Shown here piece by piece: positions 10,936 to 19,294 of a stretch of 64,000 nucleotides of DNA. How positions within the stretch are numbered: position 1 is the first letter of the stretch; each line of letters starts with the position of its first letter. Made by a program: the position numbers and the translations under genes. Below the pieces are notes generated by a model, which was not told the origin of the DNA, searched no databases, and saw only the letters and a program-made list of their open reading frames with translations. The stretch comes from a virus. Location of the stretch: positions 26,525-90,524 of IMG/VR virus record IMGVR_UViG_3300009181_006602; one strand, 5' to 3'.

Positions 10936-12351
10936 CTAGAGTATCTTGGATGCCAAGGTGGCTAATTCCGAGCGCTCGCCCTTAATAAGACTAACATGAC
11001 CTGCGATGCTATGTTCTTTAAACTTTTCAACTGCATAAGTTAAGCCATTTGTAAAAGTATCAACGTGAACGTTGTCAATCTGTTCAATGTCTCCAGTGAG
11101 AACTATTTTAGTTCCGTCGCCAACTCGAGTAATAATAGTCTTCAATTCATGCATCGAAAGATTTTGAGCCTCATCAATAATAACATAAGCGTTTGGAATT
11201 GATCGACCTCGAATAAATGTAATCGCCTCTATTTCAATAAGCCCTTTTTCTTGCATTAGTGCCAAATAATATTCATCGCTAATTCTAGACTTTGCTGAGT
11301 CGGCCACAGCACGTTTTTTATTTCCTTTTCTATTATTCATTAAGAAATTAATATTATCTCTAATTGGTGCTATCCATGGTTCCATTTTTTCTTCGAGTGT
11401 GCCTGGAAGAAATCCGATGTCTTTACCGACAGGCTGGACAGGTCTAGTCACAATAAGCTTTTCATATTTAGCATGGTCAGGACTTCCTATTCCTTTAAGC
11501 TGTTCTAGTGCAGCCGCAATAGCCAATAAAGTTTTTCCTGTACCTGATGGACCAGTTAGCGTAAGAAGTTTAATATCATTGTCGAATAGTAGATCTAACG
11601 AAAATGTTTGTTCTTTGTTACGAGGCTTAAGTCCAAAAGCTTGTTCAATTTTAGCAATAGGAATTAACGGTTGCGAAGGCTCAATACACTTTGTCAACGC
11701 TGATCTTGTCGTCTTTCCGTCTATGCCTGTGTTTTTTATTACAACTATTTGATTTGGATACAACGAGTTGTTGCTTGCTTCTTCAGGCGAAAGTAATAAC
11801 TCACTTTCTTTATAAAATTGTTCTACACGATTCTCATTGACCTCGACAACAGCAACGCCTCTATAGAAGTGCTCGGCGTCAGGAGTTACTCTCATGTTTA
11901 AATAATCCTCGCACTTGATTCCTAAAGAATCGCACTTAATTCTAACATTAATATCCTTACTAACAAGAATAGCAAACTTACTATTCTCATAATTGTTAAA
12001 GACGCTTTCTTGCTTAAGCTGCAACATAAAAGAAATAATCATGTTATCTACCTTGGAAGATGATAGCTCAGGAGGCAAATTAATTAAGCTTCCAGGATTT
12101 ATTGCGGCAATTCTTAACGTGCCACCTCTTTGTAGCGCAACGCCTTCAACTAAACTACCTTTTAATCGCAGCGCGTCGAGTGTCTTAGATGTTTGTCTAG
12201 CATTTCTTCCAACCTCATCAAGACGACTTTTATGATGATCAAGTTCTTCGAGTACTGCCATCGGTATAATAAGATCATTGTCTTCAAATGAAAATATCGC
12301 AGATGGATCACTAAGCAAAACGTTGGTGTCTAAAACGTATGTTTTTTTCAT
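10936..12351 (-). CDS. phoH: PhoH-family ATPase with N-terminal PIN domain (PhoH2 type)
   Basis: PIN motifs YVLDTNVLL, VLEELD, DNMI, LVSKDINVRIK. PhoH motifs GPSGTGKT, IGFLPGTLEEKMEPW, IRGRS, IIDEAQN, GDIEQID. Start placed at ATG 12351. Confidence 0.93.
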   Translation of the reverse strand: MKKTYVLDTNVLLSDPSAIFSFEDNDLIIPMAVLEELDHHKSRLDEVGRNARQTSKTLDALRLKGSLVEGVALQRGGTLRIAAINPGSLINLPPELSSSKVDNMIISFMLQLKQESVFNNYENSKFAILVSKDINVRIKCDSLGIKCEDYLNMRVTPDAEHFYRGVAVVEVNENRVEQFYKESELLLSPEEASNNSLYPNQIVVIKNTGIDGKTTRSALTKCIEPSQPLIPIAKIEQAFGLKPRNKEQTFSLDLLFDNDIKLLTLTGPSGTGKTLLAIAAALEQLKGIGSPDHAKYEKLIVTRPVQPVGKDIGFLPGTLEEKMEPWIAPIRDNINFLMNNRKGNKKRAVADSAKSRISDEYYLALMQEKGLIEIEAITFIRGRSIPNAYVIIDEAQNLSMHELKTIITRVGDGTKIVLTGDIEQIDNVHVDTFTNGLTYAVEKFKEHSIAGHVSLIKGERSELATLASKIL

Positions 12352-12408
12352 ATAACCTATAAACAATTATACTATATAATTAAACAATTAAATACTGATT
12401 TCATAGGA

Positions 12409-12699
12409 TTGTCTAAGTTAGACAATCCTATGAAAAGAAAAAAACTAAAAACGATATCAGATAATACTTGTTTTTCACTTCATGAACATTACAATGTTGA
12501 ATGTCAAAAAAAGACTTGCAACAATTGGATCAATTATTCAGAAGGAAAAAACTGTGTTGTAATATCTTCAAAGTCTGGTCCTAAAACTCTTCAGGAGATT
12601 GGTCAAATCTATAATTTAACTAGAATGAGAATTTGCCAAATAGAAAAAAATATCTATGAAAAAGTAAAAAACTTAATCATTCAAGAAATTCAAGAATAA
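12409..12699 (+). CDS. Stand-alone sigma-70 region-4 HTH protein with a Cys-rich N-terminus
   Basis: C-terminal KTLQEIGQIYNLTRMRICQIEKNIYEKVK matches the sigma-70 region 4.2 pattern TLEEIG..F.VTRERIRQIE..AL.KL. Four N-terminal Cys. The start may be ATG 12430. Confidence 0.8.
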   Translation: MSKLDNPMKRKKLKTISDNTCFSLHEHYNVECQKKTCNNWINYSEGKNCVVISSKSGPKTLQEIGQIYNLTRMRICQIEKNIYEKVKNLIIQEIQE

Positions 12700-13293
12700 T
12701 CATTTTTTGTTATTCGTCAATCTTGAAGTCTTATCTCGCTTTTTTTGCTTTGGCATTATGCTGTTGATAACCTCGACAGCTTCTACAGCTTCTACAGATT
12801 CTACAGCTTCTACAGCTTCTACAGACTCTACAGCCTCTACAGATTCTACAGCCTCTACAGATTCTACAGCCTCTACAGATTCTACAGCCTCTACAGATTC
12901 TACAGCCTCTACAGATTCTACAGCTTCTATAACGTCTATAGTCTCGATAGCTTCGAGAACTGCAGGAAGTACATAAGACGTATTTTCTAAGAGCTCACTT
13001 GTCTTAGTAACTTCGGCTGCTGAAGCGAAATGTAAACCATTTTTAACTTCAGCAGCTATCGTTAACTTTTCGTTTAACGAAATATGATTAGTGACAGGTG
13101 CTAGCACGGAAGACGTTACTTTAAAAGACGATTCTTCTACTTTTTGCTCAGGCTCAAGTTTTAGTTTCGTCTTAGCAGATTCGTCAACAAGACAGCCAGA
13201 CTTGTTAGTCTTAGTGTGACATTTTTTAGGATCTAATTCTAGATTAAAAATATCAGCTAATATTGCTTTGTTGTGCGCAGGCATAAAAATCAA
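12700..13293 (-). CDS. Hypothetical protein with VEAVES tandem repeats and a basic C-terminal tail
   Basis: 197-aa ORF with ATGA coupling to the upstream Hc1-like gene. The repeat is in frame. Confidence 0.6.
   Translation of the reverse strand: MIFMPAHNKAILADIFNLELDPKKCHTKTNKSGCLVDESAKTKLKLEPEQKVEESSFKVTSSVLAPVTNHISLNEKLTIAAEVKNGLHFASAAEVTKTSELLENTSYVLPAVLEAIETIDVIEAVESVEAVESVEAVESVEAVESVEAVESVEAVESVEAVEAVESVEAVEAVEVINSIMPKQKKRDKTSRLTNNKK
12773..12929. repeat. Coding tandem repeat with a 9-bp base unit and 18-bp higher-order unit (AGCCTCTACAGATTCTAC)
   Basis: Directly visible. Encodes (VEAVES)n on the minus strand. Confidence 0.95.
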
Positions 13294-13478
13294 TCTTTCT
13301 TATCAGTCTCAATTGTCAACTTAACAAGCTCTTTAGACTTTGTTTGAAGTTGACGAAGACCTTTTCTAGCCCGAACGCCTGCTGCGGCTGTACCGTTCGC
13401 ATTTTTTAACATGTCTGGTTCGAGAGCTTCAACTAGCGTCTTAAATTCGTTCCACTTATCTAAAACTGTATTTTCCAT
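13290..13478 (-). CDS. Histone H1-like Hc1-family small DNA-binding protein
   Basis: 62 aa with GTAAAGVRARKGL, matching the Hc1-type motif GNKAAGxRARK. Confidence 0.75.
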   Translation of the reverse strand: MENTVLDKWNEFKTLVEALEPDMLKNANGTAAAGVRARKGLRQLQTKSKELVKLTIETDKKD

Positions 13479-13539
13479 ATTTTTTTCCTAAGCGTATCTA
13501 GAACATATTCATATAAATTGTGTAACAGTAAATATAAAT

Positions 13540-15186
13540 TCAACAACTAATATTAAACTCTTTTAGAAATAGGTTTCTATTCATTTTATAAAATCTTTCC
13601 CAATCGCTATCGAGAATATAAGACGCGGCATGGTCGGTTTCATTTCTAATAGATCTGCCTAAGGATTGAATGATAGACTTAGCAGTCATATAAGAATACC
13701 ACTTTTCGTTTTTTTCCATGCGCTTCTTAACCACTAAACTACCGAGGTAAGGAAAAGGCACTTTACATATAATCTGAAATCTACTTAAATCATCCCGTAA
13801 GTCTACGCCTTCCATCATTGATGGACTTAACAAAACAGTCGGATCTTTACTACTAATATGAATATTTAAAACTTCGTCTCTATTAATCGAATCATGAAGC
13901 AATAATCGAGGGGAGTTAATATTCTCCTTGACGTATTTCGCAATCCTATAGTTCGTACAATGAATGATACCTTTGTCATTTGAGTGCTTCTCTAAAAGCA
14001 TCTTAACAGTTTCTACCATAACGGGTAATGTTTTATCTATCATGGATTTTGACATACTTCCAACAGGAATATAATGAATTGGTCTATTTTCTATCGGAAA
14101 TGGCGAAGGAATAGACAAGTAAGCTACATCGTTTAAATCTAGACCTAGTGAAGAACAAAAAATGTTTTTATCTACGATAGTAGCAGACATCATGAGTATC
14201 CTGCCTCCAAGCTTAAAAAGTGTATCATGACTATAAGGAGAAACATTGATAGATTTAAATTCGTATTTCTTACCTGCATTTTTACTATCAGATGCTGGGA
14301 TAGCTACGTTCATCGTCCAGTTTTCAGTATTATAAACCTCAATAAATTTATCGATTTTATTAAGATGTTTATCTAGTAACTCATATTGTTTTGAATAAAT
14401 TCCGTATCCTTCAATATCATTACTAAGTTTTAATAGCGACTTTTCTATTGAGCGCATATGCTTTTTTAGTGCCTTTAGATAAGTCGTCTTTACCCATTCG
14501 TGGATGATTGTTTGCGAATCTGAGCGTGGTGGTTTACACTTAACAATATCTCTCGCAAACTTTTCAGAAAAAGTAACTTCGATAAATTTGCTTAATTCAG
14601 ATTCTGTATTGTGAGCTTCATCAATAACCAATAACGCTCTAGGTTCTAATTTGCCTGAATATGCAGATTCAGCAAGAATATACGGAAAATTCGTTATAGA
14701 AATAGGCGAGTCAATAAACTGTTGCTTTTCTATTGAATATGGACAATTAGTCTTGCAATGCTTTTGAAATTCAGTACCTACCAACTGTTTTGTCAATTTA
14801 GACAACACTCTTTTAGATTCTGCGCAGGTTTGATCTTCATAAAACCCACAATGATAATTACTGGAAGACTTGATAGACTTAACTAGATTTTTCTCTGACG
14901 TCGGTCCAAAATCGTTTAAATACTGTTGTTGCAATATTTTTTGTGTAGTGACGATATAAGTCCCTGTGAGCGTGTCACCATTTTGATCGCGTAAAGAAGA
15001 TCCATGCGCATCCATATATCTAGCTACACATACGCCCGTAGCTGATTTACCTACGCCTGTGCCTAGTTCTAGGACTACGTATTTTTTCCCGCTTTCGAAT
15101 GCATCAAGAACATATTCAATAGCTTTTCCTTGTTCGGGTCTAATTTTTGAGAAAGGAAAGTATCGTATATAGTCATGAAGAGGCAT
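13540..15186 (-). CDS. DinG/Rad3(XPD)-family SF2 DNA helicase
   Basis: Q motif RPEQ, Walker A GTGVGKS, DEAH box, four-Cys Fe-S-like region (C..C..C..CPY), EGVDL, KVPFP and motif VI QSLGRSIR. Confidence 0.9.
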   Translation of the reverse strand: MPLHDYIRYFPFSKIRPEQGKAIEYVLDAFESGKKYVVLELGTGVGKSATGVCVARYMDAHGSSLRDQNGDTLTGTYIVTTQKILQQQYLNDFGPTSEKNLVKSIKSSSNYHCGFYEDQTCAESKRVLSKLTKQLVGTEFQKHCKTNCPYSIEKQQFIDSPISITNFPYILAESAYSGKLEPRALLVIDEAHNTESELSKFIEVTFSEKFARDIVKCKPPRSDSQTIIHEWVKTTYLKALKKHMRSIEKSLLKLSNDIEGYGIYSKQYELLDKHLNKIDKFIEVYNTENWTMNVAIPASDSKNAGKKYEFKSINVSPYSHDTLFKLGGRILMMSATIVDKNIFCSSLGLDLNDVAYLSIPSPFPIENRPIHYIPVGSMSKSMIDKTLPVMVETVKMLLEKHSNDKGIIHCTNYRIAKYVKENINSPRLLLHDSINRDEVLNIHISSKDPTVLLSPSMMEGVDLRDDLSRFQIICKVPFPYLGSLVVKKRMEKNEKWYSYMTAKSIIQSLGRSIRNETDHAASYILDSDWERFYKMNRNLFLKEFNISC

Positions 15187-15221
15187 AAGTATATACTACG
15201 ACTATTACGAAAAACTTTGCA
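15187..15221 (-). promoter_or_regulatory. Candidate sigma70-like promoter (TGCAAA-N17-TAGTAT), leaderless geometry
   Basis: The -10 hexamer (15193-15198) ends 6 nt upstream of the helicase ATG. No Shine-Dalgarno. Confidence 0.4.
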
Positions 15222-15238
15222 CCAGTTACATCAAGAAT

Positions 15239-15835
15239 TTATTCGGCGCCGATAATTTTATCTACAATTCCCATTTCAACGGCTTGTTGAGGCGTCAAGA
15301 AAAAGTCATGACCAGCTTTCATAAGTTTGTCAATATTTTCTTTTTTCATCTTTGTTTCTGACATGAGAGCTGTAACCATTAGTTCATGCAATCTTTCAAA
15401 TTCCTTCATTTCGTTCATGGCCTCGAATACGTTGCCAAGCACTCCACCTGAAATAGGATGAATCATAATTCTAGCAGAACGTCCTATCATTCTCTTGCCT
15501 TTGACACCAGAAGCAAGAAGCAAAACACCGGCTGACATAACCTTACCTAATGCTATGGTATAGACATCGCATGGGAGGAATTTAATGGTATCATAAAGAG
15601 AGAACATCTCATCGACTGATCCACCATAAGTTGAAATTACAAGATGAATTGGTTTGTGATTTTGATTTGCGAGATGAAGAAGTTGAACAATTACGCTGGA
15701 TATTGAGTGTTCATTAACTTCCCCATGAAGAACTACCAGTCTATCATCAGCGCCATGGGCGAGACTAGAGACGTAGTACGAATCATCGCTACTATTTGAT
15801 TTATTTTTATAAGCTGCGCTAACTGATCTACCCAT
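15239..15835 (-). CDS. clpP: ATP-dependent Clp protease proteolytic subunit
   Basis: ISTYGGSV, GKVMSAG (catalytic Ser), MIHP (His), HDFFLTPQQAVEMGIVDKI (Asp). The triad appears intact. Start placed at ATG 15835, overlapping the end of the upstream gene. Confidence 0.9.
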   Translation of the reverse strand: MGRSVSAAYKNKSNSSDDSYYVSSLAHGADDRLVVLHGEVNEHSISSVIVQLLHLANQNHKPIHLVISTYGGSVDEMFSLYDTIKFLPCDVYTIALGKVMSAGVLLLASGVKGKRMIGRSARIMIHPISGGVLGNVFEAMNEMKEFERLHELMVTALMSETKMKKENIDKLMKAGHDFFLTPQQAVEMGIVDKIIGAE

Positions 15836-16070
15836 TGTGTATTCCTTCGTATATACCAGCAATCGTTAAGTTTGGTACTAACTCTTTTAAAAAGCCAGAA
15901 ATATTCTGTGCCTTTTCGATATCTTCTAACTCTAAACTCAAATAATACATAATGAGATATTTTTGTCTTTCTGATATTCCAAATTGATATATCTCACCAA
16001 TAATTTTACGAGCAATAATGCTTTCTTCAGCTAGTTTATCTGCATTTGTTGAACCATAAAGTTCGCTCAT
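15828..16070 (-). CDS. Hypothetical protein
   Basis: 80-aa ORF overlapping both neighbours (translational coupling). Confidence 0.6.
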   Translation of the reverse strand: MSELYGSTNADKLAEESIIARKIIGEIYQFGISERQKYLIMYYLSLELEDIEKAQNISGFLKELVPNLTIAGIYEGIHNG

Positions 16071-16537
16071 ATTAATAGCCCAGATGATCTAGTGAATACT
16101 TCTACTTTACAAAGAGAATCACTTAAAATTACGATATACTTACCATGAATTTCTTCACCTTCAGTTTCTGTAGTCATAATTGCAAATTCTCCCCATTTTT
16201 TATTTTCTACAATAAATCTTGTAGCTTCCCAAGTTGCAAGATCAGCGAAACTGGCTTCGAGTACATTAGCAAAGTTAGGGTGCAAAGATGATTTGATGTC
16301 TTCAATTTTCATTAAAGAGTTCATGTTTTCCTTGGTGGGTAATACCTCAGACTTACACACATCGGTAACCTTATGTATGATTCCGCAATTGTTGCATTGC
16401 GCATATTTAGCAACAACATTCTCATCGTCATCTAGAACTGAAAAAACAACAAATTGATGTGGTGGTGGATTCTCTAACTTTTTAAATTGAGGTAGAACGC
16501 AGCGACACCTAATAAGATGTTTTTGTCCTCTACTCAT
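16067..16537 (-). CDS. Hypothetical protein, putative Zn-binding (CxC...CxxC)
   Basis: CRC and CNNCG motifs. ATGA overlaps on both sides. Confidence 0.65.
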   Translation of the reverse strand: MSRGQKHLIRCRCVLPQFKKLENPPPHQFVVFSVLDDDENVVAKYAQCNNCGIIHKVTDVCKSEVLPTKENMNSLMKIEDIKSSLHPNFANVLEASFADLATWEATRFIVENKKWGEFAIMTTETEGEEIHGKYIVILSDSLCKVEVFTRSSGLLI

Positions 16538-16797
16538 TTTTTCTTTTTTGGCGTTTCGTCGGTGACGCCTTCCACGAACGTTGTCTTCAACGAACGTTGA
16601 AAATTACTTAAACCTCTTTGATAACCTTGTGTTATAGAAATATCAACCATATCAACCACCAGTCTAAGTTGGTCATCTGTTAATTTTTGTCCGAGTGCGC
16701 CGGTGCTATTAGCAGAACTTAAATTAGCTTTAGTTAAATCTTTAGAATAATTAAGTAAGTTCAAAACTTCTTTAGAAACTTTATCTATTTTGTTCAT
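16534..16797 (-). CDS. Hypothetical protein
   Basis: 87-aa ORF, first gene of the coupled operon ending in clpP. Confidence 0.6.
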   Translation of the reverse strand: MNKIDKVSKEVLNLLNYSKDLTKANLSSANSTGALGQKLTDDQLRLVVDMVDISITQGYQRGLSNFQRSLKTTFVEGVTDETPKKKK

Positions 16798-16814
16798 TTG
16801 TGTACCGTATAAAA

Positions 16815-16843
16815 AGAATAATGTATTTATTGATGCAGGTAAA
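16815..16843 (-). promoter_or_regulatory. Candidate sigma70-like promoter (TTTACC-N17-TATTCT) for the clpP operon
   Basis: Hexamers at 16838-16843 and 16815-16820 with a 17-nt spacer. Confidence 0.4.
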
Positions 16844-16863
16844 CGTCGGGAGCCAGAAATACT

Positions 16864-18036
16864 ATGAAAACATTAAAACAAGAATATAAATTAAAAAAAA
16901 TAAATGAGCTTAAGCACAGAGTAAGGAAATCAGAACTAATCTTAATAGAAAACGATAAAGATATTCAAACGTCTTTGCTGCTCGAGGCGCTCGATGAGGA
17001 TGAGTATAAAAAGGCTACAGAAGTCATAGAAAAACTTAGAAAAATTTCTGGCGTAGCTAAAAGTCTGAATTTAAGCATATTACCTAAAGCTATAGAGGAT
17101 TGTGTTAAGGATATAAATACATTCGCTGGTGGCGACTTCAAAACAAAGGCTATGGGACAATTGGCTTCTTTATTTAGCAAATCAGCTCCTTCTAGTAACC
17201 CTATATTAAAAGGATTGTCTTTTGCTAGCGCACTAGAAGCTGGTTTTAAATCACTTCAAACAGTCGTAAAAAATAACATCAAAGACATTCAAAACAAGAT
17301 GGACGTTTCGATCATCAAATCATCGGAAGAAGATCCTGCGATACAAAAAAACATCTCTAATGCGCTGACTAAATCATTTATACCAGCCGGTGTATTCGGA
17401 AAGTTATTCGGTAAAATTCCTTATATTGCTGATTCTAAAAAATTGATCGAAGAAATAATGACATTAACGCCTGACCAGATTAATCAGATATATGAGCCGC
17501 TCAATAGCGGTACTAAGGCCGCTGATGTCGATCAAAACATAACAGACGAAGATGCCAACGATGCTGCAGCTAAAGAAATAGGAGACAAAGAAGGCGGTAA
17601 GGAGGCTGGCGAAGATGAAGCTAAGGAGACTAGTTCTGGTAAATCACAAAAAGGTAAAGCAAAAGATGCGCTAGTAAGTGCAACACAAAAGGCTGCGAAA
17701 AGTGCTGGCATAACTGATGGCGAGGCTATGAATTCTTTAATGAAAGAATTAGGTTATGAACTAGGCTCTTTCGAGGGGTCTTTAGTCGCACCTGCATTAA
17801 CAGAGTTGATGGCAGATAAAAATATAGATGCTGATCAAATAGACGGATTCATTAAGGGCATGATGACGGATTTTGAAACAGAATTTAAAAATGATATTGA
17901 TAAAAAAATAAAAGCAAACGCTGACAAAATTAAAAAGGACGCAGCTGCTAAAGCTAAAAAAGCCAGTGGTGATTCAAAGAAAACACCTAGCGCTGCTGAA
18001 ATTCAACAAGCTTTTATAGACAGCGTAGAGGTGTAA
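16864..18036 (+). CDS. Hypothetical helical protein with charged low-complexity segments
   Basis: 390-aa ORF preceded by GGGAG. One of only two credible plus-strand genes in the left arm. Confidence 0.7.
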   Translation: MKTLKQEYKLKKINELKHRVRKSELILIENDKDIQTSLLLEALDEDEYKKATEVIEKLRKISGVAKSLNLSILPKAIEDCVKDINTFAGGDFKTKAMGQLASLFSKSAPSSNPILKGLSFASALEAGFKSLQTVVKNNIKDIQNKMDVSIIKSSEEDPAIQKNISNALTKSFIPAGVFGKLFGKIPYIADSKKLIEEIMTLTPDQINQIYEPLNSGTKAADVDQNITDEDANDAAAKEIGDKEGGKEAGEDEAKETSSGKSQKGKAKDALVSATQKAAKSAGITDGEAMNSLMKELGYELGSFEGSLVAPALTELMADKNIDADQIDGFIKGMMTDFETEFKNDIDKKIKANADKIKKDAAAKAKKASGDSKKTPSAAEIQQAFIDSVEV

Positions 18037-18053
18037 GAGTCATATAATAAATT

Positions 18054-18085
18054 AATCCGTATTCTTTAGATGCGGATTTTTTTAT
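18054..18085 (+). terminator. Rho-independent terminator between convergent genes
   Basis: Hairpin AATCCGTATT-CTTTA-GATGCGGATT (10-bp stem with two G-U pairs) followed by a T run. Confidence 0.7.
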
Positions 18086-18102
18086 TAAAGAACTATAAAT
18101 CG

Positions 18103-19257
18103 TTATGATATTATACAACCAAGACGATTATATTCTTTAAAAAAGGAACTGTAATAATGCTCGGCTACCTTTAGTGACGTTAACGGATATAAGTTACCAT
18201 TGTATTCAATGACACCATGGGTAGCAGCTATCTTAATCGCTCGAAGCGCTCTATCAATCATGAAACTTCTTTTATACGTATTGTGATCTGCTTTTAACGA
18301 TATTGTTACTCTATTCGATCCTAGATTTTTTATTCTTTTTGCCATCAACTCTTTCGTTGCTGTTAATTCAACTTCTAGTAATTTTTTTTGAAGTAATAAT
18401 ATATGTCGATCAACGTCAAGTCTAGTATTACATTTTTCTACTAAAATACCGGCTTCACTAATGTTAATATAGTCAACACGAGGGGCTAATGATATATCGA
18501 CATTGTTAATCAATTGTCCTTTTAAAGTTGATATTAGATCGCCACCAGAAACTATTGCAATATCGTTCAATAAATTAACACCGTCTAAATCATACTTGAC
18601 TATAAATGGCAATATGGATAGCGAACCTCTTTCGCAGTTAACCTTGATAGTATGTGCTACATCATCAGACATGCCTCGTACAAAAAGAAAAACATTGTCC
18701 TTTATTTGTGAAGCGTCTTCTAGTATGCGATGTATTTCTGAAACTGATTCTACATATCCATCGATGCATATCACCTTAGGACCTAGATATTTCGAATTTT
18801 TTAATTTTAATATTGAAACAACATCAGGGAAAAAGCTACCATCATTTAGCTCAACTACGTCTTCATTGTGTTGCTGGTTTAATAAAACGACTTTACCGTT
18901 TAGACCAGCTAAACATATTGCCTCGTGTACAAGATCTGCTAGCCCTTTATCAACATATGTTGATATAAGCGTTTTTAAGTTAACGCCATCCAACTTTTGA
19001 CAAAAGTTGTTGCAATCGATCTTGTTATTTTTATCTACGTTTAAAAGAAGCTGCAACATTAAATCAGATGCCCCAGCTGAGAGAGTCTCTACTTTGATTA
19101 AGTACGTTAACAATAAATTAGAAATCGCAGTTTTTGTGGATGTTTCAAATTTTAATTGTTGCAGCGCTTGTAGTCCTAAGTTTGTATTAAGACAATTTTT
19201 ATAATTTTTTAAAATGCTAGCTAAATGTACGTCAAGTTCTTTTGTAACTATTTCCAC
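18103..19257 (-). CDS. Divergent, truncated GroEL/Cpn60-like chaperonin
   Basis: Apical-domain similarity: ICIDGYVESVSEIHRILE...VRGMSDDVAHTIKVNCERG...LLNDIAIVSGGDLIS, then KELMAKRIKNL and IDRALRAIKIAATHGVI (GroEL VEDALHATRAAVEEGVV). No GDGTTT motif. Confidence 0.75.
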   Translation of the reverse strand: MEIVTKELDVHLASILKNYKNCLNTNLGLQALQQLKFETSTKTAISNLLLTYLIKVETLSAGASDLMLQLLLNVDKNNKIDCNNFCQKLDGVNLKTLISTYVDKGLADLVHEAICLAGLNGKVVLLNQQHNEDVVELNDGSFFPDVVSILKLKNSKYLGPKVICIDGYVESVSEIHRILEDASQIKDNVFLFVRGMSDDVAHTIKVNCERGSLSILPFIVKYDLDGVNLLNDIAIVSGGDLISTLKGQLINNVDISLAPRVDYINISEAGILVEKCNTRLDVDRHILLLQKKLLEVELTATKELMAKRIKNLGSNRVTISLKADHNTYKRSFMIDRALRAIKIAATHGVIEYNGNLYPLTSLKVAEHYYSSFFKEYNRLGCIIS

Positions 19258-19292
19258 ATATAGATGTTATTCATTTATAGCGAAAAAGTACA
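19258..19292 (-). promoter_or_regulatory. Candidate sigma70-like promoter (TGTACT-N17-TAACAT), leaderless geometry
   Basis: The -10 hexamer (19264-19269) ends 6 nt before the GTG start. Confidence 0.4.
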
Positions 19293-19294
19293 AA

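Noticed and set aside
12707-12990. Plus-strand ORFs encoding (STASTD)n and (YSLYRF)n
   Set aside because: Shadow frames of the stop-free tandem repeat. The minus-strand frame is translationally coupled to its neighbour.
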